Below are positions 8,146 through 17,818 of a DNA stretch of 61,155 nt, piece after piece (the first letter of the stretch is position 1; each line of letters starts with the position of its first letter). The translations under genes were made by a program, and so were the position numbers. Under the pieces are notes generated by a model that saw only the letters and a program-made list of their open reading frames with translations, did not search any database and had not been told where the DNA came from. Source of the DNA: a virus (Duplodnaviria > Caudoviricetes); IMG/VR virus record IMGVR_UViG_3300043395_003109, positions 1-61,155 of that record; one strand, given 5' to 3'.

Positions 8146-9981
8146 ATGGCAGATACTACTAAACAAAATGAGGATCTTGCTTGTGTTGCTTTAGGATATC
8201 TGTCATTTTACCCCGAAGCATCGTATGAAGATTTTTATAATTTTATTCAAGCACCTGGTCAAGATTGGAATAAAATTAAGAATGTTTGTCAACTCGAAGT
8301 TACAACAAGTGGAGTCTTTCAAAAAAGATTTGCAAAAGAGGAGATATGGATAAAAGGATCATATATGACTGCTCTTGCAATTCGTCAAAGATTAAATTTA
8401 AATCTTTCTAATTATATTTTTTGTGGAGTGGGATCGAACACAAAAGGAGTTATAAAGCACGGTGCTAAAGGAAATATTGGGGAGATATTAAAAACAAAAG
8501 CAGCATCTGCAATAGCAAAGCTATATAAGTTTAAAACTGGCAAAAGTAGTGGAATTATTGCTAATTTAAATCCAGATAAATTAAATATTTCAGATATATT
8601 TCTATGTCCAAGAAATAATAATTCAAGATTAACAAAATTTTTAAAAATAATTCAAGATGCTGATGATATTAAAACGGATCTTGCGTCAATAAAAAATACA
8701 CTAAGTTCTTTGACTGAAGAAAAGGATATTTTAAAGTTCAAAGGTAGTGTAGTATCAAAATCTAACTTGACAGTAACAAGATACACTCGGATGATGAATG
8801 CATTTTATGAATCAAAAGATGTTATTGGAGTTTCTTTAAAAAAAATATCTCCAGTTCCAGATGATGTTTCAAAAGTACCTTTTTCTTTTCATAGTAGTGG
8901 AAATATTCCTGATGAAAATGTTGATGATGAATTTTTGCAATTCGTAGGACAACTACTTAAATTAGCAAAAAAAGGAAATGTCAAATTTCCCGAATTTGAG
9001 CAAGCAATAGATCAATTTATAACTTTAGATGATAATATTAAGTTTACTACTAATGATAGATTAGAAGTTAAGTATAGTTTTAACTATAAAAATAACACCA
9101 AACCTTATAAAATTTTTACTAATTTTGGTGCGGGTAATAATTTTTATTTCCAACCCGACAAGGCAGGTGGTTATCACGAAGGAGGAACAACAATAACAAG
9201 ATTTGAGGATCTTTGTGATGAGTTTCCACAGTTAAAAACACTTTTTTCTAATCTTTCAAAAAAGAGAGAATTTTATTTTGATAAAGCGTGTAAAAGTAAT
9301 GGATTTACTGGATCAAGTCAACTTTATCAAATTCAAAAAATACCAAGTAACTTAAGACTTTCTAGTGTAAATAAAACAATTTTTGCATCTGGAAATTATG
9401 AGAAATTAATTTCAAAAATTCTTGAAACGACTCAAGGAAAAATTGGTGCAGTGGTTTCAACTGAAAATGGAAAAACAAAAGTTTTAACTGGTGCTTTAAT
9501 TGCTAAAGCAAAAACAAAAACAACTCCTGCCCAAAGATATTATCAAACAAAGTATGAATCCGTAGAAACGAATTATCTAAAAGTTATAGAACAATTTTAT
9601 GAAGAATATACCCAATATTTGTCAAAAAGTAGTAATATGGGGAAATTTGTAAGTTTAAAAAATACTACTTTAAATGAAATGAATAGTTTAATATCAGAAG
9701 CAACTAAAGCAAAAGATAAAAATGAAACTGATAAAATTATGAAAAAAGCAGTTGGAAAAATACAAAAATCATATGCTTTGTTAAGTAATGCTGAATTTGG
9801 ATATATTTTTGCTAAGCACAATTTGCAGATTAAAAAGATACTTAAAAAGAAATTGATCTTGTCTTTATATTCTTTAGCAACTGGAAGGGGGTTTATTATT
9901 TTTAGTGGGAGAAGATTTAAAATCGATGACATTTATGCAGAGAATCTTAAAACTCCGATATATGTTAAGGTTGGTAATTGA
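8146..9981 (+). CDS. large late protein, possible PD-(D/E)XK-fold nuclease
   Basis: 611 aa, AT-rich; KQNED...PDKLNISDIF...VIGVSLKK. Confidence 0.5.
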   Translation: MADTTKQNEDLACVALGYLSFYPEASYEDFYNFIQAPGQDWNKIKNVCQLEVTTSGVFQKRFAKEEIWIKGSYMTALAIRQRLNLNLSNYIFCGVGSNTKGVIKHGAKGNIGEILKTKAASAIAKLYKFKTGKSSGIIANLNPDKLNISDIFLCPRNNNSRLTKFLKIIQDADDIKTDLASIKNTLSSLTEEKDILKFKGSVVSKSNLTVTRYTRMMNAFYESKDVIGVSLKKISPVPDDVSKVPFSFHSSGNIPDENVDDEFLQFVGQLLKLAKKGNVKFPEFEQAIDQFITLDDNIKFTTNDRLEVKYSFNYKNNTKPYKIFTNFGAGNNFYFQPDKAGGYHEGGTTITRFEDLCDEFPQLKTLFSNLSKKREFYFDKACKSNGFTGSSQLYQIQKIPSNLRLSSVNKTIFASGNYEKLISKILETTQGKIGAVVSTENGKTKVLTGALIAKAKTKTTPAQRYYQTKYESVETNYLKVIEQFYEEYTQYLSKSSNMGKFVSLKNTTLNEMNSLISEATKAKDKNETDKIMKKAVGKIQKSYALLSNAEFGYIFAKHNLQIKKILKKKLILSLYSLATGRGFIIFSGRRFKIDDIYAENLKTPIYVKVGN

Positions 9982-9984
9982 CAC

Positions 9985-10013
9985 TTGACAAAAAACCTAT
10001 GGTGTGATATGGT
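9985..10013 (+). promoter_or_regulatory. sigma70-type promoter
   Basis: TTGACA-17-TATGGT. Confidence 0.65.
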
Positions 10014-10035
10014 ATAAAAGTAGTTGAATAGTAAA

Positions 10036-10191
10036 ATGAAATTCAAAATACTCTACACAAAATCTGATTTAGATGAGGATGGGGAAATTTTTGAATTTAA
10101 TTGTGAAGCGGATAATTTTAATCAAGCAGTAGATAAAATCCCAGAAGATAATCCTGGAATTATTGAATGGGATTATATTGAGGACACTTAA
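10036..10191 (+). CDS. small hypothetical protein
   Basis: 51 aa, not in track (MKFKILYTKS...); stop lies inside palindrome copy 1. Confidence 0.55.
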   Translation: MKFKILYTKSDLDEDGEIFEFNCEADNFNQAVDKIPEDNPGIIEWDYIEDT

Positions 10192-10237
10192 GCAACTGGC
10201 ACACTGACTTGCCACAGCACCAAATTCCTGGTATGAT
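10181..10237 (+). promoter_or_regulatory. palindrome-promoter element copy 1
   Basis: AGGACA-cttaagcaac-TGGCAC; TTGCCA-17-TATGAT (-10 at +51). Confidence 0.75.
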
Positions 10238-10258
10238 TACTTCATTGATTCTTAATTT

Positions 10259-11503
10259 ATGATTCCCTTTCGCGATCATCAGAATGAATGTCTTGATGCG
10301 ACTGAGATTCATCCTAAAGGTATTATCTGTGCAACGACAGGAGCAGGTAAGACTCTTGTGGGTATTGGTGACACAATAAGAGAGTTCTTGAAAGAAACTC
10401 CACAAACTGTTGTTGTTGTTGCTCCTCGCATTTTGCTTGCGAATCAACTCTCTTCTGAGTATCTTGAGCACATTGATAATGTTGCTGTTCTTCACGTTCA
10501 CTCTGGAGAAACGCATCATTTCAGCACCACTAAACCTGCAGAGATTCAGCACTGGGATCAGATAGTGAGAGTTGCATTTAATCCTGATGCTCCTAAACAC
10601 AAACTAATCTTCACCACATATCATTCCCTTCATAAAATTATGGAAGCAGGAATCAAGGTGAACACAATTCACTTTGATGAAGCACATAACAGTGTGCAGA
10701 AGAACTTCTATGTTGCTACTGAATACTTCAGCAGGAAAGCGGATCGTTGCTATTTCTACACTGCAACTCCAAAGTATTCTTCCACTCCCAAAAAACCTGG
10801 GATGAACAATACTCAGGTTTATGGTAACATCATCGCAAATGTTCCCGCTCCCCGTATGGTGCGAGAAGGTTACATTATCCCTCCCAAGATTGTTGCCAAA
10901 CAAGTGTCTTTGGACAGCAATAATGTATTTGAGCGTGACTGTAATCATCTGCTGGAAAGTATTGATGAAGCAGAAGTTTCTAAGGTGCTTGTGTGTGCCA
11001 AAGCAACCAAACAAATCACCAATCTAATCTCACAAACTGGGTTCTGTCAGGAACTCGAAGATCGTGGATATTCTTGGATGGTCATTACATCTAAGACTGG
11101 TGCAATCATTGATGGACAGAAGGTAAATCGTGAGCAGTTCTTTGATACTTTGCACGATTGGAGTCGTGATGACTCTAAGAAGTTTGTTTTGCTTCATTAT
11201 TCTATCCTGTCTGAGGGTATCAATGTATCTGGACTCGAAGCAGTAATCTTTATGCGATCTATGGATGCCATTGGTATCTGTCAGACGATTGGACGGGTTG
11301 TGCGACTGCATCACAAGGATGCTGCACGACTTCGCTCTGGAGACTTGACACCTGGACGATTGGAAGATTATCATAAGTCGTATGGTCTGGTCATCATCCC
11401 GACCTTCAACTCTGTGGGAATCTCTACTGCTAAGAAGATCCAGAGTGTTGTCGATACTGTATTTCAACAGGGGGAACCTGCAATTTCTACAATTAAACGC
11501 TGA
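10259..11503 (+). CDS. superfamily 2 DEAD/DEAH-box helicase (type III Res-like)
   Basis: TGAGKT (motif I), FDEAH (II), TAT (III), SEGINV (V), QTIGRVVR (VI). Confidence 0.9.
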   Translation: MIPFRDHQNECLDATEIHPKGIICATTGAGKTLVGIGDTIREFLKETPQTVVVVAPRILLANQLSSEYLEHIDNVAVLHVHSGETHHFSTTKPAEIQHWDQIVRVAFNPDAPKHKLIFTTYHSLHKIMEAGIKVNTIHFDEAHNSVQKNFYVATEYFSRKADRCYFYTATPKYSSTPKKPGMNNTQVYGNIIANVPAPRMVREGYIIPPKIVAKQVSLDSNNVFERDCNHLLESIDEAEVSKVLVCAKATKQITNLISQTGFCQELEDRGYSWMVITSKTGAIIDGQKVNREQFFDTLHDWSRDDSKKFVLLHYSILSEGINVSGLEAVIFMRSMDAIGICQTIGRVVRLHHKDAARLRSGDLTPGRLEDYHKSYGLVIIPTFNSVGISTAKKIQSVVDTVFQQGEPAISTIKR

Positions 11504-11505
11504 TT

Positions 11506-12018
11506 ATGATCGACTTTAACACATTTGAATTGGATCGACTTTCTAAACTCTTGTGGAGTTTGAAAGGTTATACTACTAACAATCTTCGCTTCCCAAAAGC
11601 AGGAGAACTTGTAGAGATTGGTTATGATGTCTATAGCAAAGGACAACTTAAACGTGTCAATCTTCCTGGTGTAGATTTGATTGGAACAGATGGTCATACA
11701 TATGAATCAAAAGTGATTCAGTTCAAAAATGTCTCAAAAGAAGCAGTGAGAGGTGTAATTCTAAAAAACAGTCGCGCAAGTAGTTCTGTCAACGAAAAAC
11801 TTGCCGACTTTTTTATTTTTACTGATGTGAAACTTGGGAAAGCGTGTTGTGTTCCTTCAAATATGATTTACAACACTAAGTTTACTGGTGCAGTTCTTAC
11901 TGGAAGTTGTAATCCACAACAGGATCATTTTTTCCTTCACGGATATGAAGAACAATACGAAAAAGACTATTTTACAGAAGCAGAAGAGTTTGATTATCAA
12001 TATGTAAGGGGGTTTTGA
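11506..12018 (+). CDS. putative PD-(D/E)XK endonuclease
   Basis: GELVE...GVDLIGTDGHTYESK. Confidence 0.55.
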   Translation: MIDFNTFELDRLSKLLWSLKGYTTNNLRFPKAGELVEIGYDVYSKGQLKRVNLPGVDLIGTDGHTYESKVIQFKNVSKEAVRGVILKNSRASSSVNEKLADFFIFTDVKLGKACCVPSNMIYNTKFTGAVLTGSCNPQQDHFFLHGYEEQYEKDYFTEAEEFDYQYVRGF

Positions 12019-12197
12019 TGGAAGGATTTATTGTTGGTAAGAACGGTGAATATGCTGCAGTGCCATTTGGTAAAAAAGGATATATAATTATCCATAATGG
12101 TCAGCAATTAGAAAAAATTTGCAGAACAGAATCATCTGCACGAAAGTATATTGCTGATCATAAGAAAGGAAAATCTGTAGCAAAGTTACCAATATGA
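12015..12197 (+). CDS. small hypothetical protein
   Basis: 60-aa ORF coupled to both neighbours. Confidence 0.65.
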   Translation: MMEGFIVGKNGEYAAVPFGKKGYIIIHNGQQLEKICRTESSARKYIADHKKGKSVAKLPI

Positions 12198-13030
12198 GAT
12201 ATACCTCTACAAGTTTATACCGCTATGCTGGTGGTAAAAACACTATGAAAGATGAGATCATTAAGATTATTGATGAGATTCATCCTAATCTTACGCATAT
12301 GATGTCACCTTTTATGGGTGGAGGTTGTATTGAACTTGCTCTTGCAGCAAGAGGTGTAAAAGTTCAAGCATATGATCTATTTCAACCACTTGCTGACTTC
12401 TGGGAGATTCTAACAACAGAAGGTGGAAAAAGATTGGGTGAAGAAGCAGCAAAGCATTATCCTCTAAAAGATAGAGAACACTATAAGTCTTTTCTTCCTC
12501 TTTTAGAGAGTGATGATAAGTTCACTCGCGCTTGGGCGTTTTACATTTGTATCAAAGGTGCATTTAGTGGAGATCTTGGTCATACATCAGAATCCTCCAG
12601 AAAGAATCTAAATCTTGCTGGTATTCATAAGTTAATCGGATTCTACAATCCAAACTTCTCATTCTCCTTTGGGAATTGTTTTGACACAATCCCAAAGCAT
12701 CAGAATGATTTTATGTATTTGGATCCTCCTTACTATAAAACTACATCATATTATTATGGTATTGATGGAAGCACTCACGAAGGATTCAATCACGATAAAC
12801 TTGCTGATGTCTTGAAGGAACATAAAGGTGGGTTCGTGATGTCTTATGACAACACAGATTACCTTAAAGATCTTTATAAAGATTGGACTGAGTTTCGCTA
12901 TTTGGAGTTTGATTATCAGATGGCAGGAGATGTAAGTTGCAGAGGAAAGAAAACAGAACTCATTATCATCAAATATCCAGAAGTGAAGGTGGAATCTAAT
13001 CCAAATGCTTTAGAGAGTTTATTGTACTGA
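12194..13030 (+). CDS. Dam-like (D12 class) DNA adenine methyltransferase
   Basis: RYAGGK, PFMGGG (SAM binding), YLDPPY catalytic motif, FVMSYD, ELII. Confidence 0.9.
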   Translation: MRYTSTSLYRYAGGKNTMKDEIIKIIDEIHPNLTHMMSPFMGGGCIELALAARGVKVQAYDLFQPLADFWEILTTEGGKRLGEEAAKHYPLKDREHYKSFLPLLESDDKFTRAWAFYICIKGAFSGDLGHTSESSRKNLNLAGIHKLIGFYNPNFSFSFGNCFDTIPKHQNDFMYLDPPYYKTTSYYYGIDGSTHEGFNHDKLADVLKEHKGGFVMSYDNTDYLKDLYKDWTEFRYLEFDYQMAGDVSCRGKKTELIIIKYPEVKVESNPNALESLLY

Positions 13031-13087
13031 GGACAGTTGGAGAACTGTCCTATGACTCTTGCGCTTCTCTCTCATTTGATCTATATT
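13030..13087 (+). promoter_or_regulatory. palindrome-promoter element copy 2
   Basis: AGGACAGTT-ggag-AACTGTCCT; TTGCGC-17-TATATT (+52). Confidence 0.8.
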
Positions 13088-13145
13088 GGTTTTGTTGGAA
13101 GGCAGTTGTCACTCCAACATTCCTTAGCAAATTGCTTTTAACTTA

Positions 13146-14144
13146 ATGACTTTTCGTAAAATTGATTTCCCTTGCGGCAAACCAGAAGTAAAATGGTATT
13201 TGGATGAATGTAAGACTCCTAAGTTTAACAGCGTCTATTCTATTGGGTTTCAAGTCCGTGAGATTGGAGAACTAAAGAATGAGAATGATGCAGGTCAAAA
13301 ATTGAATCCTGCACGTTCTCAAGGTATTGACTATAATAACGTCAATACTCTTCAATATAGTTTTGTTAATCAGGGTGTTGATACTTCTATTATGCCTCCT
13401 ATCATTCTTCCTGATGGGATTGTTATTGATGGTAACAACCGTGTTGAAGCATATCGTCAAATTGGAGCACAATATGTTGTTGTATATTGTGTAGAAATTA
13501 ACGAAGGTTTTACGATTGATGATGTCTATGATGAGGTTGGTTTGGGTATGAACAATCACCTTGTCTCAAAACCAATGACTATGAAAGATTGTAAAATCCG
13601 CCTTCAAAAGTATTTTGTTCGGATTGACCAATTTGATGCTGTAAAGGGTATTGAATGGTTTAATACTTTTAATCACAGTTTCTCCGATAAAGAAATTGCA
13701 GATGCAGTTAAATCAGTTATTCAAGGTAAACGTGTATCTGATACAATGTCACCTTATAACAAAAAAACTGTTTCTGATTACATTAAACAGAGGAATCTTG
13801 ATTCCAACACAACACTGTTGCCTTTGCACGTAAATGTAAAAGATAGTCGCAGTTCTATGCACTATTTTTGTCGTGAAGTTATCAATGTTATTGACACATA
13901 TAACAAAACAGGCAAACTTCCTGAACTTGTTGGATTCCTTAGTAACTGTGAAGCAGAAGATGCTGATAATGAGCGTCAAAAAATGAAAAAAATTGTTGAT
14001 GAATATAACAAAAAAATCAACAATGTTTTGATGCTTTATAAAGCAGCAGAAACTGATGGTGAAGAGTTCAAACTTCTTAAACTTGAGAAATGGATGGGTC
14101 AAGTTACTAATGTTGAGACTGATATGATTATCGTCAATAGTTGA
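13146..14144 (+). CDS. ParB/Srx N-terminal domain protein
   Basis: NPAR...PPIILPDGIVIDGNNRVEAY. Confidence 0.7.
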   Translation: MTFRKIDFPCGKPEVKWYLDECKTPKFNSVYSIGFQVREIGELKNENDAGQKLNPARSQGIDYNNVNTLQYSFVNQGVDTSIMPPIILPDGIVIDGNNRVEAYRQIGAQYVVVYCVEINEGFTIDDVYDEVGLGMNNHLVSKPMTMKDCKIRLQKYFVRIDQFDAVKGIEWFNTFNHSFSDKEIADAVKSVIQGKRVSDTMSPYNKKTVSDYIKQRNLDSNTTLLPLHVNVKDSRSSMHYFCREVINVIDTYNKTGKLPELVGFLSNCEAEDADNERQKMKKIVDEYNKKINNVLMLYKAAETDGEEFKLLKLEKWMGQVTNVETDMIIVNS

Positions 14145-14156
14145 GTAACTATTCAA

Positions 14157-14180
14157 GGGTGCTTATGCACCCCTTTTTTT
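14157..14180 (+). terminator. intrinsic terminator
   Basis: GGGTGC-TTAT-GCACCC followed by T7. Confidence 0.8.
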
Positions 14181-14186
14181 ATTCTT

Positions 14187-14244
14187 GTGACAGATGTGAA
14201 AGTGTCACAAGGTTTGTCGCAGGGGTCGCAGGAGACCCTATACT
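14187..14244 (+). promoter_or_regulatory. palindrome-promoter element copy 3
   Basis: GTGACA-gatgtgaaag-TGTCAC; TATACT at +52. Confidence 0.75.
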
Positions 14245-14273
14245 TACAAGGTAATCAACGGAGACAACTCCAA

Positions 14274-14699
14274 ATGGCAACGCGAGGTCGCATTGGTATC
14301 GAACTTTCCGATGGTTCTATTCTCTCATCGTATCACCATTGGGACAGTTATGAATCTTGGTTGGGTCGCATCCTGAAAACTCATTATAACTCTTATGAGA
14401 AAGCATCAGAGTTGATTGATGGTGGTGATATGTCTTGCTGTTGGACTGATGAAAAGTTCCGCACTGCTGAAGGTGTAGAGAATAAGGTAGAGTATGGTCC
14501 TCAGTATTATTCTGAGCGTGGTGAAGATACTCCTCCTCGCCTTGATGCTGACCTTTGTGAGTATCTTCTGCCTGGTAACAGTGAAGAGTTCCACTATGTC
14601 TTCCGTAATGGCGAATGGGTATGCTATAATATGAATCAGTTCGATGATAACAAACTTCCTGAAGTTGTTGAAATCCCCTCTGCTGCTCTTGCTGTTTGA
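14274..14699 (+). CDS. conserved hypothetical phage protein (YxHWD motif)
   Basis: MATRGRIGIEL...YHHWDSYESWLG; start 14274 lies downstream of the promoter. Confidence 0.75.
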   Translation: MATRGRIGIELSDGSILSSYHHWDSYESWLGRILKTHYNSYEKASELIDGGDMSCCWTDEKFRTAEGVENKVEYGPQYYSERGEDTPPRLDADLCEYLLPGNSEEFHYVFRNGEWVCYNMNQFDDNKLPEVVEIPSAALAV

Positions 14700-14702
14700 T
14701 CT

Positions 14703-14894
14703 ATGAAAACTTCTACTGCTTTTGGTGTTCTTTTTATTGCTGTTGTTATTGTAACCGCAAGTCTATTCTTTGAAGCGTGGTTGCTTGGACTCATTCTGTC
14801 TTGGTTCAATGTATCTCTGACCTTCTGGCAGAACTTTGCTATAATCGCTCTTGCTAATCTTATCTTCAAACCCACAGGAGTTTCTGCTAAATGA
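14703..14894 (+). CDS. small membrane protein
   Basis: 63 aa, hydrophobic segments. Confidence 0.65.
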   Translation: MKTSTAFGVLFIAVVIVTASLFFEAWLLGLILSWFNVSLTFWQNFAIIALANLIFKPTGVSAK

Positions 14895-15381
14895 ACCGCA
14901 AGTATCTTAGCGTTGGATTGATTGGTTTTGCAGTCATTCTTGGTTGGAATGTCTTTCTAATCCAGCGTGATGACAAAATGTATGATGCTTACTATCGCTC
15001 TAAGGCAATAGAGAATCTCAAGAAACCACCCTCTATAGAAATCAGATGAGTATTGTACTCGGTGTAGCAATCTACGCAGCACTGGTTGCATTTGTATCCT
15101 CCATTATGCTATATTACTTAAAAGTAATGTATCCACGCGAAGAAGCAAAACTTAAGGAGAAATCCAAATGATCCCCAAACGACTCCGTGACCTTATTAAA
15201 CAAGCAGAAATGGACAAAGTAGCAGAAGAGTTCTGGAAAGAAGTTGAACGCGAAGCAGCGAAACTTGAAGTTACAGTTGACTATTATCTTGCGGAGTTTT
15301 ATTGATGACTTTTCTACTAGGAATGGGACTAGGATCTCTTCTCACCATTGGTTTTGCATTTTTAGTTGCTGCTGATGATGA

Positions 15382-15410
15382 TTGACAATCCTATTAACTG
15401 ACACTATACT
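15382..15410 (+). promoter_or_regulatory. sigma70-type promoter
   Basis: TTGACA-17-TATACT. Confidence 0.8.
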
Positions 15411-15433
15411 AAAGAGGTAATTTACACAAACAA

Positions 15434-15676
15434 ATGACACAAAAGTTTCTTTATCTGGTTGACCACTATATTCCTTTTCCTTCCAGTGAATATGGTGGAC
15501 TTTGGAATGTAATCGCAAAAGACGATGATGAATGTTTCGATCTTATTGCTGCAGAAGACGACGGAAACTTCTATGAACAGTATTACACTACTCTTCGTGA
15601 AAATGTGTTAAGTGCAAGGACTTATGCTCTTGCTGAGGATGTAGAATCTGCAGTAGTTGAATCCTTTACAACCTGA
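15434..15676 (+). CDS. conserved hypothetical protein
   Basis: 80 aa; PFPSSEYGG motif; GAGG RBS. Confidence 0.75.
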   Translation: MTQKFLYLVDHYIPFPSSEYGGLWNVIAKDDDECFDLIAAEDDGNFYEQYYTTLRENVLSARTYALAEDVESAVVESFTT

Positions 15677-15832
15677 TGACTCACCACGTTACTCACACCA
15701 ATAAAATGGTGTTTGATTTGAAGAAACAGTACCAAGAACGTATTGAACAACTGCAAAGTAAAATTGCAGAACAAGAACACGAAATCTCACAACTGCAGAA
15801 ACAAATTGAGTATATGTCGCGTGACAAGTTCT

Positions 15833-16114
15833 ATGATTGCTGAGTTTCCACACAAAGCACCAAAGGGGTATTCTTATGAGTTTGAAGAGTTCAAGCGTGG
15901 AGTTATTGCTATATGGTTGCATTGCCATCGCAAGTTTGATTACAATAATGGTGCTGCAACAAAAACTATCTGGGGATTCTATAAATCCAAAACCAGAGAA
16001 TACTTCGCCCCCATCAATAGTAAGTCCATCGGTTCTCGTGTAAATATCAAGGACACGAGAAACTACACAGCAATGCCTATCAAGCAGTCTCCATTGGATG
16101 CGTTCTTTGTATGA
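15833..16114 (+). CDS. conserved hypothetical cyanophage-type protein
   Basis: MIAEFPHKAPKGYSY...TIWGFY. Confidence 0.7.
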   Translation: MIAEFPHKAPKGYSYEFEEFKRGVIAIWLHCHRKFDYNNGAATKTIWGFYKSKTREYFAPINSKSIGSRVNIKDTRNYTAMPIKQSPLDAFFV

Positions 16115-16386
16115 CATACAAACCACAAGTCAATGATTATGTTGAATGGACAAAAGGTGTTGAAGGTTGGGTTTATTTTGTTGATGACCAATATATAACG
16201 ATTGAATATATTGTACGTCCAAAAGACCAAGTAAATTATCAGTGCTGTCCCATTCACGCAAATGAAAGATTGCTTGTGGTTTGTTATAAAGAAGATTGGA
16301 AACAGTTAAAGTATGTTAAATCAAGAGAATCAATCTATGAAGAAGAACAAAACTGCTTGGAGATGGTGGGCAAAAGCGTTGGGTGA
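16111..16386 (+). CDS. hypothetical protein
   Basis: 91 aa, ATGA-coupled. Confidence 0.7.
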   Translation: MTYKPQVNDYVEWTKGVEGWVYFVDDQYITIEYIVRPKDQVNYQCCPIHANERLLVVCYKEDWKQLKYVKSRESIYEEEQNCLEMVGKSVG

Positions 16387-16603
16387 AAAAGCATCTAAAT
16401 GTGATAAAGAATCTGATAAGGTTGCAATTATTCGCACCTTTATATTTGCAACTTATTTGATCACTAATGCTTTTATTTGTGCTGGTGTGATTCGTCACTG
16501 GAATGATGAGACTAAGATTGAAGTATTTGTTGAAACCTCCAACATTCCAGAGTATCACACTCCTCCAATGAAAGTATCTAATAGTTCTTTTGAGTTTGAG
16601 TAA
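16337..16603 (+). CDS. hypothetical membrane protein
   Basis: WRWWAKALGEKA...one hydrophobic segment. Confidence 0.65.
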   Translation: MKKNKTAWRWWAKALGEKASKCDKESDKVAIIRTFIFATYLITNAFICAGVIRHWNDETKIEVFVETSNIPEYHTPPMKVSNSSFEFE

Positions 16604-16604
16604 A

Positions 16605-16612
16605 ACTAAATA
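16605..16612 (+). promoter_or_regulatory. late promoter variant (CTAAATA)
   Basis: ACTAAATA 20 nt before ATG 16633. Confidence 0.55.
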
Positions 16613-16632
16613 TCTAAAAAAGTATAAGTAAA

Positions 16633-17313
16633 ATGCTAACATTTAGAGAGTTCTACGAAATCTGTGAAGGAAAAAAACCAGACACTCCACCACACGCAGT
16701 TCCTGGAACTTATGTAAGACATCCTGGTGGTATGCAAACTTATACTCTTCAAAAATATGAAGGACCAGAAGGTAAACCAAAAAAGAAAGAAATTGAGAAG
16801 TTGATTGTAAAGCGCAGTGGTGGACAAGCAGTTAAAAAATATGTAAAAAAAGTACAAAAAATCAAAGAAGATCTGCAACAAAGAAGACAAGAACTCCGTC
16901 AGAGGCAACTAGATCAAATAGCAGCACAAAAGGGTAGAGTTGCTGAATATCAGGCAGCACAGAAAGAAAAGGTAGCATCTCAAATTGAACTGCAAAAGCA
17001 AAATGCTGCAGAAAGGCAAGCAACACAAAAGGAAAAAGAAGTAGAAAGAAAACAAAGAGAAGCATCCAAAAGAGAAGAAAGAAGACAAAAAGCAAGAGAA
17101 GCAGCAGAAGCATTAAACTCTAAAATTGATGAAGAATTGCAGACAGAACAGACTCCAACAATGGAACCAAATCTTTATAGTCAGATGATTGCAAAAAGTC
17201 AATTATCAAGAAAAAGAGCAAGAGAAGCACACGCTCAGAGGGAAATGGAACACGAAGCACAAGCACAACAATCAGCAAAACGTGCAAGAATGAGAGCAAT
17301 TCTTGCACGTTGA
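16633..17313 (+). CDS. late protein with capsid-targeting-like N-terminus (putative internal head protein)
   Basis: MLTFREFYEICE resembles the T4 IP CTS MKTYQEFIAE; K/Q/E/R-rich coiled coil. Confidence 0.55.
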   Translation: MLTFREFYEICEGKKPDTPPHAVPGTYVRHPGGMQTYTLQKYEGPEGKPKKKEIEKLIVKRSGGQAVKKYVKKVQKIKEDLQQRRQELRQRQLDQIAAQKGRVAEYQAAQKEKVASQIELQKQNAAERQATQKEKEVERKQREASKREERRQKAREAAEALNSKIDEELQTEQTPTMEPNLYSQMIAKSQLSRKRAREAHAQREMEHEAQAQQSAKRARMRAILAR

Positions 17314-17314
17314 G

Positions 17315-17372
17315 TGGACAGTTTGGAAACCGTCCACTGATCACAGACAAGCACTCCAATTTCCTGTATATT
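17315..17372 (+). promoter_or_regulatory. palindrome-promoter element copy 4
   Basis: TGGACA-gtttggaaac-CGTCCA; TATATT at +52. Confidence 0.75.
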
Positions 17373-17543
17373 ACATTTGTTCAGTTGAAAAACACCAATG
17401 AACCACTTTGATGACATTCAGATTGAAGAATCTGCTGGTTTTGACTTTGCAGAAGCATCTTACGATGAACTCTTCGATGAAGTCGAAGATGAAGACAAAT
17501 CTTTCAATTCTTTCCTGAACTCTAACTACGATTACTGAAATCA

Positions 17544-17750
17544 ATGACTGACACTGTAAATGTTCTTCCGCATCTGAAAGAACTGAAAGATGCTTGGCGT
17601 CGTCAAGATTTTACCTTTACTAAACAACAGCAAGAAGAATATAATCTCTTACTTGCTGCTCGTCGTGAACGTGTGAAGTATTTTTATGACAACGATATGG
17701 TATGTAAAATTAGCAAATCTGCTCAGGATAAACTAAAGGAAGACAATTAG
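17544..17750 (+). CDS. hypothetical protein
   Basis: 68 aa; stop inside copy 5. Confidence 0.7.
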   Translation: MTDTVNVLPHLKELKDAWRRQDFTFTKQQQEEYNLLLAARRERVKYFYDNDMVCKISKSAQDKLKEDN

Positions 17751-17797
17751 TAAAGTGTCCACTCCAGTGCTCAAAGGTGCTGGAGTGGTTCTATATT
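17740..17797 (+). promoter_or_regulatory. palindrome-promoter element copy 5
   Basis: AAGACA-attagtaaag-TGTCCA; TATATT at +52. Confidence 0.65.
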
Positions 17798-17818
17798 ATT
17801 AAAGTTGACACCAAACCA

